Shown here in pieces: positions 1-10,256 of a stretch of 64,000 bases of DNA; position 1 is the stretch's first letter; each line of letters starts with the position of its first letter. The stretch comes from a virus. The stretch spans positions 32,001-96,000 of IMG/VR virus record IMGVR_UViG_3300030090_007211; one strand, 5' to 3'. The position numbers and the translations under genes were made by a program. The notes below the pieces were generated by a model. The model was not told the DNA's origin, did no database searches, and saw only the letters and a program-made list of their open reading frames with translations.

Positions 1-651
1 ATTGTTTTTCCCTGTTTTTGCACCATCATAAGTTCTATAATATAAAGGATCCATACCATTAGGTGTAGAAATTAAAGTTACTTTACCACCGGTACCTAAT
101 GATGTAAGTGCTGCACCAAATACTTCTGCACCATTATCAATAAATGCTGCCTCATCCATAATAAGGAATGTTGGTGTATATCCCCTTAAAGCATCTTTAG
201 ATGTAGCTAATGCTTTAACTTCACACTGAGTATCTTTAGTTTTTATATGTCCTTTCGCTTCAATGGATAAATAAGAATCCCCTTCATCTATACCCCATAC
301 CCATGATGGAATTTGATCTAAAAAATCTTTAATTTTTTTAAGGAATTCTTGCGCTAAGGTTTGTTTATTGGCGAGGACTAGTACTTTCCATGGATTATTA
401 GGGTCACCAAATGCAATTTTTACTGCAATATATGCAGCAGTAGTAGTGGAAACTCCTGCCTGTCTAGGTTTAGTAACAATATTTCTATTGAATTCTTCAT
501 AAGATTTTATTATTTCTTTTTGTTTATGAAATAATTTAAAAGGCACATATCCTTCTTGTGTTAAATCATAAGTTTTTAGAAATGTCTCAATAGCGTATAT
601 TGGGTCACCTAAACAACGAGCAAATATCTTTAATTTTTCAGCTCTCTCCAT
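1..651 (-). CDS. terL: Terminase large subunit, N-terminal ATPase part (runs off window start)
   Basis: Hand translation from ATG at 651: MERAEKLKIFARCLGDPIY...KPRQAGVSTT (Walker A)...ALRG...FLIMDEAAF (Walker B)...LISTPNG (motif III); T4 gp17-like. Absent from ORF track because truncated. Confidence 0.93.
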   Translation of the reverse strand, partial: MERAEKLKIFARCLGDPIYAIETFLKTYDLTQEGYVPFKLFHKQKEIIKSYEEFNRNIVTKPRQAGVSTTTAAYIAVKIAFGDPNNPWKVLVLANKQTLAQEFLKKIKDFLDQIPSWVWGIDEGDSYLSIEAKGHIKTKDTQCEVKALATSKDALRGYTPTFLIMDEAAFIDNGAEVFGAALTSLGTGGKVTLISTPNGMDPLYYRTYDGAKTGKNN

Positions 652-664
652 AAGATAACTTTAC

Positions 665-674
665 TAATAAATAT
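665..674 (-). promoter_or_regulatory. Putative phage late promoter ATATTTATTA upstream of terL (representative of about 28 copies)
   Basis: Sense-strand TATTTATWA recurs about 2-40 nt upstream of starts (plus-strand positions 665, 4098, 9382, 10231, 17919, 22140, 24818, 27404, 28981, 33261, 34766, 37760, 39055, 41336, 48223, 50269, 52475, 60988, 63620 and others). Confidence 0.75.
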
Positions 675-692
675 AAAAATGTAAATAAATCG

Positions 693-1529
693 TTAAAATG
701 CGACTAATTTATCGTTTTTCCACGCCTCATAATTAGGACCTAATTCATAGGTAATTGTTCTCCCATCTCTAACTGGTTTAACTATACCTGCATTTACTGC
801 CGCCCTAAAAAATGTTGAGTGTTGTCCAGATGTTCTCCCTTTAGAATTAATATATTCTAAAAATCCTGCTTTTGTTTTCTTAGGTTTATCTTGAATATAA
901 TTTATGAGTGATTGTATCATACCGTCTTTCTTTTCAAAGGTAAGTCCCGCAACCTTATTGAATATTTTTATTCCATTTTGTGCTGCAAAATTTTGAATGT
1001 TTTGTCTTATTTCATCATCAAAACCTCTACCCCATGTTTTTCCATATAAATTAGATACTAATTGTATTGCTTTCTTAGGGGGATTATTTGTAAAAATATA
1101 TTCTATTGCATCTTCTATTGACAATTGTATTCTTTCCAGTGTTTCATTTCCTGCAACTGCATCATCAAATAATCTATATATTTGAAATAACTCTGCTGCT
1201 TTTTGTGGGGGTGATAAATCAGATTCCATTACATCATCACTAAATTTTGATGCAATAGCATGTACATATCTTATATAAGGTCTAGGGTCAAATCCCCTAT
1301 AACCATATCGAATAAGATTATCTAAAAGTTTATACCCAATCATATGATATAAACTTTCATCTTCTATAACTTCCTCCACACTAAAACCATAGATATCTAC
1401 TAATAATGGGAATATATCTTCTAACTCAGAATTTTCAATCTGTTTATAAACCTTATCCATAAACACCTGATGTTTGGCGTTTTCCATCATTACTCTTCTA
1501 TGTTGTGATTCTGTTAATTTAATCTTCAT
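693..1529 (-). CDS. Leader-A protein with YG-domain-like N-region and C-terminal winged-HTH-like segment
   Basis: Likely start MKIKLTESQHRRVMME (internal Met 1529); FMDKVY...DIYGFSVEE; C-terminal STFFRAAVNAGIVKPVRDGRTITYEL resembles a wHTH wing. Confidence 0.7.
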   Translation of the reverse strand: MKIKLTESQHRRVMMENAKHQVFMDKVYKQIENSELEDIFPLLVDIYGFSVEEVIEDESLYHMIGYKLLDNLIRYGYRGFDPRPYIRYVHAIASKFSDDVMESDLSPPQKAAELFQIYRLFDDAVAGNETLERIQLSIEDAIEYIFTNNPPKKAIQLVSNLYGKTWGRGFDDEIRQNIQNFAAQNGIKIFNKVAGLTFEKKDGMIQSLINYIQDKPKKTKAGFLEYINSKGRTSGQHSTFFRAAVNAGIVKPVRDGRTITYELGPNYEAWKNDKLVAF

Positions 1530-1533
1530 AATA

Positions 1534-2784
1534 TTACGCACTCATTTCTAAATAATTATCTAAACTCTCCTCAAACCATTCTTTCGCTTTTGTAGTATCG
1601 GGGTAATAATAATCTAAATTAGGTAATTCTAACAACCCACTTTCTTCATCTAAGAGGGTTTTTACTACATCTATAAAATATGATTCTTGTTCTTCAGGAA
1701 ATACACCTTCTGTATCAATATAATGTTGTAATACCTTATCTATTAATTCAGTAGATATTGGTACCTTTAAATTGTATTTTGCACTATCCCCACTTTTAGT
1801 GTTTCTTACCCATTCTGGTTTACTACCAAATAACTCAGTAATTTCTTCCACTGCCCTCTCTCTTATATCATTTTCTACCACATCATTTATTGTGCTGTGG
1901 TATGCACTTCTCATATCCCTTTCTAATTCACCTAATTCATTGTGACTTAATAAAAATTCTAACACATCTTCTCCATCTACTTCATTATTTTTTATCTGTG
2001 TCCTTAATGTATTAATAAAAGTTGGGTTAATATCTAAGAAATCACCATCATCCCCTAAAACCTCTTCAGGCATACCCATTTCATATAAATCTTCTAATCC
2101 CTGACCACCAATCATAATTTTGTCTGTATATGCAGGAATAGATTCTATCACCTTATCCATTGCCTTTCCTGTCATATCTGATATTATCTCATCTCTAGGG
2201 GTATCCCAATAAGAAAAGAACTCACTAAAATCTTCACTAAATGCCTCTTCTGCTAAATCTCTATCATAAAATAATTCGGCGAAATCATCCCACCCATCAA
2301 TAGATAACACCATATTAGGATATAATCCTTCGGTGTCATTAAATGACATATTATCATAATAATTAAGTTTTATAGGTTTTTTATCATTATAATTTATTTC
2401 CCCAGTGTTAAACTTCTTATTAAACCAACCTAACTTTTTTAATATGTCATATATGGGACTATATTCTCTCCACCTAATAAACTCATCTATTTGGAATTCA
2501 CCAAATACATCCCCACCAACCTCATGATTCCAGTTAGACTTAGGGTCTAATGTCCACTTTATGAAAAAATATAAAACTACATCATAGTCTAACCCAACCA
2601 TTTCACCAAAATAAGTTAATACATCTGCAATGTTATCAAATCTAAAACCTGTTTTAAATGAATCATCATCTTCATCTCTCCATATTTTAAAAAACTCTCT
2701 ATTAAATAGACGAAACAACATGTTTTCTATTTTAGGGCTATCTTCAATAGTCTCTTTAATTATATGTTTAAATGTTAATTTCAT
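1534..2784 (-). CDS. Acidic hypothetical protein with leader-B-like start
   Basis: 416 aa, MKLTFKHIIKE; overlaps upstream gene's stop (operonic). Confidence 0.7.
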   Translation of the reverse strand: MKLTFKHIIKETIEDSPKIENMLFRLFNREFFKIWRDEDDDSFKTGFRFDNIADVLTYFGEMVGLDYDVVLYFFIKWTLDPKSNWNHEVGGDVFGEFQIDEFIRWREYSPIYDILKKLGWFNKKFNTGEINYNDKKPIKLNYYDNMSFNDTEGLYPNMVLSIDGWDDFAELFYDRDLAEEAFSEDFSEFFSYWDTPRDEIISDMTGKAMDKVIESIPAYTDKIMIGGQGLEDLYEMGMPEEVLGDDGDFLDINPTFINTLRTQIKNNEVDGEDVLEFLLSHNELGELERDMRSAYHSTINDVVENDIRERAVEEITELFGSKPEWVRNTKSGDSAKYNLKVPISTELIDKVLQHYIDTEGVFPEEQESYFIDVVKTLLDEESGLLELPNLDYYYPDTTKAKEWFEESLDNYLEMSA

Positions 2785-3002
2785 ACTTTTTGAAACATCT
2801 GATCCATTACTTGATAAATTGCGTCGATTACTGCATAAGAATCATAACCAAAATTATCTTTATGTGTTTCCACAATAGAACGAATGCAAGAATCTACATC
2901 TCTTTCTAGTCTTTCCCATTTATCGTATTTGTCTTCATAAGAATCTGCGAAATATTCATTTACAATTCTTTTATATTGACTTTCTGTTAATTTAATTTTC
3001 AT
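2781..3002 (-). CDS. Small leader-A protein
   Basis: MKIKLTESQYKRIVNE. Confidence 0.75.
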   Translation of the reverse strand: MKIKLTESQYKRIVNEYFADSYEDKYDKWERLERDVDSCIRSIVETHKDNFGYDSYAVIDAIYQVMDQMFQKV

Positions 3003-3252
3003 CACCCTCTTTTTTATTCATAAAGAAATCAAACACACTATCAATGTTTGTTTTAGATTCACTTATTTTATCATCCGCCCAATCATGTCCATCACATAAC
3101 ATATCATCAATCCATTGAGGATCAAAATCATTTAACATAATATCTATTTGTCTCCTCATTTGTTTAAGGTTACCAAAAAACATATAGTTTCTTTCTCTAG
3201 ACCCTTCTTTAATAATTTTTTTATATTGTTCTTCCGTTAATTTAATTTTCAT
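2992..3252 (-). CDS. Small leader-A protein (start corrected from 3354)
   Basis: Internal Met gives MKIKLTEEQYKKIIKE and removes overlap with upstream gene. Confidence 0.75.
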   Translation of the reverse strand: MKIKLTEEQYKKIIKEGSRERNYMFFGNLKQMRRQIDIMLNDFDPQWIDDMLCDGHDWADDKISESKTNIDSVFDFFMNKKEGDEN

Positions 3253-3256
3253 AGTT

Positions 3257-4084
3257 TTACCATTTTTTACATGACCAATAACGTGCTTTCCATTTAGGTC
3301 CGGGATTATCACAATTATGTCTAGCCCTAAAAGAACGTCTTTTATCGGGATCATTTTTCTTTATTCTTACCCCTTTTTGTCCAAAATCTACTTTTACAAC
3401 ATTATCTTTATCATTTTTAACATATACCTTAAATTTTTTAACGTCTCCCGCCATAGGTTTATTTAATTTTACTTTACGACCTTTATATTCCGCTTCTTCT
3501 AGTTGGGTGGATTCATTTTTACTTTTTTTAGATTTTTTTGCTTTTTTCCACAAATCTTCATCTGCTTTGCGTGCACCACCAGAACCAGTAATAAAAGAAT
3601 TAACTCTACCCATTGCCCACGCATTTTGAGGTGTTCCTGGTCTATGACCGCTGTTCCATGCAGCCATCCCTCTATTATATACTTGTTTTAAAATAGAAAA
3701 TGAAATACCACTATCTTTAGATTTATTTTTTAGTGCTTTATCACTAGTTTTAGATTCTACTATTGAATGTGATTCACCAAACATTTTTTCATATGCTTTA
3801 GTGGAAGCACTTTTTTTAGTTTTATATCTTTTTCCTTCTCCTCCTTTACCTGATTTATAATCTGCATCCCATTTAGTTTTATAGGTATCTTTACCAGCGT
3901 ATTTATTTATTTCTTTACGCATTGCAGATTTATTCTTCGTCAGGTACTTTTTAGGTATTTTCCTTTTCTTTTTTTTACCTTCACCTATAGGTTCTTCACT
4001 ACTAAATAGTCCTGTTGACTTCCCATCGAATCTCATTTCTTTTATTATCCTACGTAATTGATTCTCTGTTAATTTAATTTTCAT
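3257..4084 (-). CDS. Leader-A multi-module basic protein (DUF5824-like plus DUF6321-like modules)
   Basis: MKIKLTENQLRRIIKE; SGIS..ILKQVYNRGMAAW.SGHRPG...WAMGRVNSF module; C-terminal RSFRARHNC...ARYWSCKKW module; modules separated by x-x-E sites. Confidence 0.7.
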   Translation of the reverse strand: MKIKLTENQLRRIIKEMRFDGKSTGLFSSEEPIGEGKKKKRKIPKKYLTKNKSAMRKEINKYAGKDTYKTKWDADYKSGKGGEGKRYKTKKSASTKAYEKMFGESHSIVESKTSDKALKNKSKDSGISFSILKQVYNRGMAAWNSGHRPGTPQNAWAMGRVNSFITGSGGARKADEDLWKKAKKSKKSKNESTQLEEAEYKGRKVKLNKPMAGDVKKFKVYVKNDKDNVVKVDFGQKGVRIKKNDPDKRRSFRARHNCDNPGPKWKARYWSCKKW

Positions 4085-4118
4085 AACTATAGTTTACTAA
4101 TAAATAGTTTTAAAGCAT

Positions 4119-4144
4119 AAAAAAATCCCACATTTGGTGGGATT
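4119..4144 (-). terminator. Rho-independent terminator
   Basis: AATCCCAC/GTGGGATT stem followed by T-run on minus strand. Confidence 0.8.
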
Positions 4145-4174
4145 CTCTTTCACTCTTCACGATTCTACTATCTC

Positions 4175-5626
4175 TTACAAATATTTATGTAATTTCTCAA
4201 CAGTATCTATATCCCCCGCATCTAACGCATCATCAATTAAAGATTCTATTTCACGTTTAGACATTTCGGAATAATCAATCTCTCTCGGTTCTTCTTGTTG
4301 TGGAATAATAGGGTCTTCTACACCAGCGTCTACCATTAAATCATCCAACCCATCTTCAAAATTATCTTCATCACCCATAATAAAATCTTCCAATTCCTCA
4401 TCACTATCGGCTTCGTGTAATTCTTTTAAATGACTAATTACTTCACTACATTTACCACTTTGAGATAATATCTCTTTAATAAATTTCATAAATTTATCTG
4501 CGGGTAATTTAGTTAGTTCATGAAATAACCATTGTTTAATACTATAATCTTCAGGATCAATACATTCTACAAATTTTTCCCACATACCTGGTCCCAATCT
4601 CATACCCCAAATCTCACCTTCTATTGTATCTGCTCTTTGTATAACATGTTTCTGTTCTTCAAAGTCTAAATGACCTTCACCCCAATTAGATGCTGCTAAT
4701 TCCATAGAACCTTTAATTAATTCATGTACTAATAATGGGAATATCCACGCCTTCGCTTCAATTCTTGGTTCTAACTCTCGAGTATCTTTGGGCATTTCTA
4801 AATCTTCATCTTCTTCTCCTCCTTCATTTTCATCTCCTGCTTCTACCCATTTAATTTTTTCTGTACCACCAATTTGTCCGCCCATTGCTTGGTCAGGAAT
4901 TATCCAATACTGAAAATCTGCTAATGACATTAATTTACCATATAATCCCATTAATCTAGGATCAATTTGATCTAATTCATCTGCTACCATATGAAATATA
5001 TAATGTCCTTTTTTAGATGCCCCCTGCATTAATGCATTTATTATATTTCTTTTATCCACCTCAATTTCTAATTCTTCCATTCTTTCTGCACTCTGTGGTT
5101 GGAATTCTTCTGGTTCTTCTTCGTCTCCATCCTCTTCATCATTTTCCAAATCCAATGGGGATCCTGGAGGTAGTAATTCAGCGTCTAACATATCATCTGG
5201 AATATCAAATTCCTCACTCACGATGTCTATTGCTAATTGTTCTAACTCATCTTTATGTTGAGCTTCTATTTTAGCAACTTCTCCCATTATTCTCATCATT
5301 TCCATCATCATTTGTGGATTAACCTGATCAATTCCATGATATCTTTTAACTTTATTTATAATATCTTTAAATCTAGCACTTGCTAATTTTTCAGAATAGT
5401 TTTGATCATTACCTGTTACCGGTAAACCCTTACTTTTACCAAAGGTATGTCGACCTTGACGTAAACTATCTTCAATAGAAGGATTCATTCTTTCAGGATG
5501 TCTTTCATCATATTCTATTTGTTCGTTTAGTGAACGAATTCTATTTTGTTCCTTTTTAAGTAATTGGTGTTCGCTAATTACTCTTTTGGTGATATCACCT
5601 AATTTTATTACTATTTTCTTTTTCAT
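4175..5626 (-). CDS. Acidic hypothetical protein (putative virion/core protein)
   Basis: 483 aa; leader-like MKKKIVIKLGDITKRVISE, SLNEQ site; C-terminal IDDALDAGD (IDEAL/UVR-like hairpin). Confidence 0.65.
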   Translation of the reverse strand: MKKKIVIKLGDITKRVISEHQLLKKEQNRIRSLNEQIEYDERHPERMNPSIEDSLRQGRHTFGKSKGLPVTGNDQNYSEKLASARFKDIINKVKRYHGIDQVNPQMMMEMMRIMGEVAKIEAQHKDELEQLAIDIVSEEFDIPDDMLDAELLPPGSPLDLENDEEDGDEEEPEEFQPQSAERMEELEIEVDKRNIINALMQGASKKGHYIFHMVADELDQIDPRLMGLYGKLMSLADFQYWIIPDQAMGGQIGGTEKIKWVEAGDENEGGEEDEDLEMPKDTRELEPRIEAKAWIFPLLVHELIKGSMELAASNWGEGHLDFEEQKHVIQRADTIEGEIWGMRLGPGMWEKFVECIDPEDYSIKQWLFHELTKLPADKFMKFIKEILSQSGKCSEVISHLKELHEADSDEELEDFIMGDEDNFEDGLDDLMVDAGVEDPIIPQQEEPREIDYSEMSKREIESLIDDALDAGDIDTVEKLHKYL

Positions 5627-5633
5627 ATCCCTA

Positions 5634-6296
5634 TTAATTTATACTTTGTATTCCTACCCAAAATTCCCAAGCCTCTCTACCCATTTTTTCAAATACTCTT
5701 TGTACATGGTTATGTTCATGATTTCCAGTAGTGTTTTCTATTCTTTGTAGTGCTGCTCGTATTAGTACATCTCTAATATATCTTTTATTATCTAATAAAT
5801 AATTTATATGTTTTAATTTTTCTTCTAACATGGAGATATCACTATCATTTTCCCCATCTTCATTATCATATTCCTCCTCTTCAATTTGGTTCTCAAGAGA
5901 CTCAGGATCTTTTCTTTCCCCATATAAAAATCTATATAAGTCATCTCTAGTCCAATTTAAAATAGGATAGGAACCAAACATATTAACGATACCACTTTGT
6001 CTAAGAATTTCGAAATATTTCATTATATCTCTTCTTTCTTGACCAGTAATTTCATTTAATCTAGGAAAATCGTATTGATCTCTTCTTTGTTCAGAAACAA
6101 TAAACTTAGAATGGATGTATTCTTTTAAATCCTTTTTTTTCATTTTAGGGTTAGTATTTTTTTTAAGAGATTTCATTTCTTCTTCATCCATTTTTTTAAA
6201 CCCATCAGTGGCATAATATAATTTTACTTGTTTATCAGTAAAAATCCTACCACTAGGGCTTATATTTTTATTTTTACCTATTTTTTTAAAAGGCAT
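5634..6296 (-). CDS. Hypothetical protein
   Basis: 220 aa ORF in operon; LRQSGIVNMFG motif. Confidence 0.65.
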   Translation of the reverse strand: MPFKKIGKNKNISPSGRIFTDKQVKLYYATDGFKKMDEEEMKSLKKNTNPKMKKKDLKEYIHSKFIVSEQRRDQYDFPRLNEITGQERRDIMKYFEILRQSGIVNMFGSYPILNWTRDDLYRFLYGERKDPESLENQIEEEEYDNEDGENDSDISMLEEKLKHINYLLDNKRYIRDVLIRAALQRIENTTGNHEHNHVQRVFEKMGREAWEFWVGIQSIN

Positions 6297-6305
6297 AATA
6301 AATGT

Positions 6306-6926
6306 TTATTTTCTCGCGTTACAGAAAGCATCTGCTAATCCTGCTCTATAATGAAGTTTTTTACTATTACTTCTTCGAGCTTTGTCTATACAACCTTGAT
6401 CGCAACCATTTTTAAATCCATTATCTATACAATAATCTCTAAATGTCCCTTCAGTGCCGTCTTTTTCTATTTCGTCTGATACATCTTGCATCCAGTCTTC
6501 TTCTTCTTTTACAGTAATTGTAGTATCACTATCTTTAGGTAATCCTTTTTCTATTTCTAATGCTTGTGCGGCATCTTTAGCTTGAATAACTCCTTCATCT
6601 ACCACTACTTCATCAGCAACTTCGATATCCATATCTGGAGTTGATAGGTTTTGTGAAATATAATCAAACATTTGTTGACCATACACATCATAAAGCCTCT
6701 CAATTATTCTTTTAGGATTTTTCCTCATATATCTTAATACTGCTGGTGGAATTTCTTCACCATACTGACCGAATACACCTTCTATTTCTGCTTCTTTAGG
6801 AGATTGACGGTATTTAGATTTACTGTAAGTATCCTTCATTTCATGCTGCTCAAATAGATTTTCCATTATACCTCTTCTTACAGCTCTTTTAATTTCTGAT
6901 TCATAAATTTTAACCTTCTTTTTCAT
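6306..6926 (-). CDS. Leader-A-like hypothetical protein
   Basis: MKKKVKIYESEIKRAVRRGIME; Cys-containing C-terminal module. Confidence 0.65.
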   Translation of the reverse strand: MKKKVKIYESEIKRAVRRGIMENLFEQHEMKDTYSKSKYRQSPKEAEIEGVFGQYGEEIPPAVLRYMRKNPKRIIERLYDVYGQQMFDYISQNLSTPDMDIEVADEVVVDEGVIQAKDAAQALEIEKGLPKDSDTTITVKEEEDWMQDVSDEIEKDGTEGTFRDYCIDNGFKNGCDQGCIDKARRSNSKKLHYRAGLADAFCNARK

Positions 6927-6928
6927 TT

Positions 6929-7327
6929 TTATACGTTTAATAATTCTTTATTATATTGTAATACCATATCTTTTTCATATAGTTTTGATTCTACTGACTC
7001 TATATCCTCCCCAAAAGAAAAGAATAATCTTTTATCAGGATATTCATCATACCCCTCCAAATTTTCCCATGCGAGTGCTACAATACCATCTACCGCATCC
7101 CACATTGCAAAAGAATCAGATTCTTGAACTATATCAAGTTTTAATTCTCCTACTAACACACCAGATTTTTTAACAAAATTTTCTGCTGGGGGTTCAGGGT
7201 TATTAGATGCAGGATAAGAATCCCATCCTTCACCGTCTATATCTTCTAATATATCAGAAAAGAGAAATTCATATATGAAGTTCCCTTTCCAATTTTGACC
7301 TACCTTATTTATGTAAACTAAATTCAT
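6929..7327 (-). CDS. Hypothetical protein
   Basis: 132 aa ORF, translationally coupled. Confidence 0.65.
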   Translation of the reverse strand: MNLVYINKVGQNWKGNFIYEFLFSDILEDIDGEGWDSYPASNNPEPPAENFVKKSGVLVGELKLDIVQESDSFAMWDAVDGIVALAWENLEGYDEYPDKRLFFSFGEDIESVESKLYEKDMVLQYNKELLNV

Positions 7328-8964
7328 TATTTATACATTCCGTTTCTTTTAATTGTAGGTTTTTTTCTTTCCTTTAATGCTTTAGGTTTTGGGTTAACAC
7401 TAGGTCTAGGAATTTTTTTCCATCTTGGTTTTTTAGGTTTTGTACCTGGACGAGTAGTTGGTTCTTTTATTCCTGGTTCTTTGACGGGTGCATTACCAAA
7501 CAAAGATTCAAAGTCAATTTCAATGTAATCATTACTTGCGAAAGTATCTTGATCCACTTCACCATCCCCATCATTATCCATATCTAATCTATTAGGTATA
7601 TCATCACCATCTCTATCTAAATCTCCAGTTGCTGCTAAAAAGTCTTGCCCTGTGGCGATAGCATCTACTACATTCATCTCTTGTTCCCCAAATGGTTGAG
7701 GTGCGAATCCTACATCATCACCTGCTTCTAAAGCGGTAGTATTGGTAATATTTAAATCTTCATCTAAAGATGCCCATTCTTCATGTTCTCCATGATCTCC
7801 ATGGTCTTCACACGATTTACATCCTTTACCTAAACATTCCTCACAAATAGTGTGTTTTTCGGTTAAAACTTTTTTTAAGGCTAAATTAGCGTTTTTTTTT
7901 AAAAAAGATTCCATTAATTGTTTTTTTGAAAAAGTGCGAGATTCATTTTTTTCTTCTTTCTCCTCAACTTCTTCATCTTGTTTAAGATCTTTTATTTCTT
8001 TTTTTAAATCAATAACTGCATCTTCATGTTGTTTAAGTGCAGTTTCTAAAGTTTTAATAGATTTTTCTTCTGCTTTTTCTTCTGATTCTGCCAATTCTTC
8101 TTCTCCCTCTACTTCTTCTTCTTCATCAAAATCCACTTCTACAGTTTCTTCGTCATCACCTGCTAAGGCATCATCTTCTTCGTCTTCACCTTCAATTTTA
8201 GCGATAATGTCTTCCACATCTTCATCAGGAATCTCTTCCCAATCAATTGCCGCTACAATAGAATTGATTACATATTTATCTAACTCTGCATCTGGCTCAT
8301 CTTTGTCTCTTAACATTTGTGCTACCTTACCAGTTAGTTTTTGTATTTTCTTAGTATAAGAATCTCCTTCATCCTCATCTTCAGCATCTACTTCAATCTC
8401 CTCATCTTCTCCTTCAAATTCAACATCTGCCATATCACCACCCATATCTACTTCAACTTCATCTTCAACAGGTGCTTCAGCGGCTGGTGCATCTACTTTA
8501 ATTACTTTTTTTTGATCTTCAATAACTTCAGGTTCTTTTACTTCTTCTTCCGGTAATACAAATCCAAATCCTGCACCACCACTAAAAGCAACACCATCAG
8601 TCTCAAATAAGTTAGTGTTTTTTTCAACACCAAATGATTCATTTAACATATCAAATTTTAAATTCAAATGTTTAAGTGCGTCAGCATAAGATTTATATTT
8701 TTCACTACTTTTATTTTGTAAACCACCTACATAGTTAAAATCTTCTGCGATAAATTCACCAGAAGTTTTTTCAGAAGTTTTAATAAAGTAATCTCTATTT
8801 TCTCTAACTATACCATAAACTACGCCATTTGCGCCCTTTTTAATTAATTCTACCTCTGAAGTTGAATCACTTTCGTTAATGGTATTCATTTTACCCATAA
8901 GGTCTTTAATTCTATTCAGTTTGTCTTGACCTTTGATTTTTTTCGGATTAGTTAAATTTCTCAT
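7327..8964 (-). CDS. Large acidic protein, possible head scaffold/core component
   Basis: 545 aa, very E/D-rich; leader-C-like RIKDLMGKMNTINE; many L-x-E sites; DLDRDGDDIPNRLDMDNDGDG Ca-binding-like repeat; basic Pro-rich tail. Confidence 0.6.
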   Translation of the reverse strand: MRNLTNPKKIKGQDKLNRIKDLMGKMNTINESDSTSEVELIKKGANGVVYGIVRENRDYFIKTSEKTSGEFIAEDFNYVGGLQNKSSEKYKSYADALKHLNLKFDMLNESFGVEKNTNLFETDGVAFSGGAGFGFVLPEEEVKEPEVIEDQKKVIKVDAPAAEAPVEDEVEVDMGGDMADVEFEGEDEEIEVDAEDEDEGDSYTKKIQKLTGKVAQMLRDKDEPDAELDKYVINSIVAAIDWEEIPDEDVEDIIAKIEGEDEEDDALAGDDEETVEVDFDEEEEVEGEEELAESEEKAEEKSIKTLETALKQHEDAVIDLKKEIKDLKQDEEVEEKEEKNESRTFSKKQLMESFLKKNANLALKKVLTEKHTICEECLGKGCKSCEDHGDHGEHEEWASLDEDLNITNTTALEAGDDVGFAPQPFGEQEMNVVDAIATGQDFLAATGDLDRDGDDIPNRLDMDNDGDGEVDQDTFASNDYIEIDFESLFGNAPVKEPGIKEPTTRPGTKPKKPRWKKIPRPSVNPKPKALKERKKPTIKRNGMYK

Positions 8965-8991
8965 TTTAATATCTTTTATAATTTTTATTTA

Positions 8992-9348
8992 TTATGACCT
9001 TTGAAACTTACCTGATTTAATATTTTGAAATTGGTAAGTGATATCAGTATTATCTACATTTGCGGAAACCGCTCCTGAATAAGTGTCACCACTTGTACAT
9101 ACACCTACTGGTTTAGGGTTACCGAGTAACATTAAATCAGTGCTAGGTGTGGTAGTATCACCACAAATAACTAAAGGTATAACTTGACCATCCCATTCAT
9201 TAGGTGGACTAAAAGTATTACCATTAATAGTGAAAGGAGCACCCGCATTATCAATTATTACATAAGCACCATAGATAAATTGATCAAAATTTGCATCTGT
9301 GCTTACATGCATCACAGTGAATGTACCTTGGATTGCTGGATTTGGCAT
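8992..9348 (-). CDS. Hypothetical beta-rich protein
   Basis: 118 aa; late motif at 9382. Confidence 0.6.
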   Translation of the reverse strand: MPNPAIQGTFTVMHVSTDANFDQFIYGAYVIIDNAGAPFTINGNTFSPPNEWDGQVIPLVICGDTTTPSTDLMLLGNPKPVGVCTSGDTYSGAVSANVDNTDITYQFQNIKSGKFQRS

Positions 9349-9427
9349 AATAAATTATTTTTCTTTTATCTTATTATTTATTAATAAATATTACATTTTA
9401 CATAAAAAAACTAAAATACTATATATT

Positions 9428-10219
9428 TTAATTCTTTAAAAATCTAATAGATTCATCAAGGGTTAAAGATTTATCATAAGCTAAAGTTTCTAACTCACTT
9501 AACTTATCAAGGAATTCCATTCTTCGTAATACTTTAAATGCAATATTTTCAAAAGAATATTCCCCCTCTCTATCTAAACCTGCTTGTCTCATTTTTTTAA
9601 TTTTTTCTTTTAAAGTTTTAATAGATCTTATAACTTTATCGTATTCCGCCGTTTTATATAGTTTAAATGAATGTTTTATACTATCAACTAAAGAGTTCAC
9701 TTTTTGAGTTACTTTCTTTTCATCTATTTTTTTACTACCTTTTTCTGGTTTTACAACCCATCCATCCCACAATACTGAATAAACACCACTAGAAACATGT
9801 GGTTCGGTAGTATCTTGTACATATAATTCTACATCATAACCTTTTATGGTAATATTATGTTTTTCATTCCATAAATTCTTTTTTGAGTTAAAGTATTCTC
9901 TAACTAAATCTACATTTTCATCTACATCCTCAAACTTTAGTAAAATATGTAAATCTACATCTGAAAATCTAGACCAATTATAATTTGCTAAACTCCCCGT
10001 TAGAATAATATCATCAATATCAACCCACCCTATATCTAAAGTCTCAAAGAAATCGTCTGCAATCATTAACATTCTAGTTCTCACATCTCCATACATATGT
10101 TGTTCCGAATCAAAAATTTTAGGGTTTAATGTATTTCGTATTTTAAATGAAGAAAGATCAATTTCTTCTTTTTCTATAATATCATTAACATCTTGTTCTT
10201 TTAGTCTATTAATTTTCAT
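9428..10219 (-). CDS. Pol-beta-superfamily nucleotidyltransferase
   Basis: LTGSLANYNWSRFSDVDLHI (hG[GS]...DhD) and VELYVQD third acidic residue. Confidence 0.8.
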   Translation of the reverse strand: MKINRLKEQDVNDIIEKEEIDLSSFKIRNTLNPKIFDSEQHMYGDVRTRMLMIADDFFETLDIGWVDIDDIILTGSLANYNWSRFSDVDLHILLKFEDVDENVDLVREYFNSKKNLWNEKHNITIKGYDVELYVQDTTEPHVSSGVYSVLWDGWVVKPEKGSKKIDEKKVTQKVNSLVDSIKHSFKLYKTAEYDKVIRSIKTLKEKIKKMRQAGLDREGEYSFENIAFKVLRRMEFLDKLSELETLAYDKSLTLDESIRFLKN

Positions 10220-10256
10220 AAGTATTTTTATAATAAATACTTAAGTAATTGATAAA

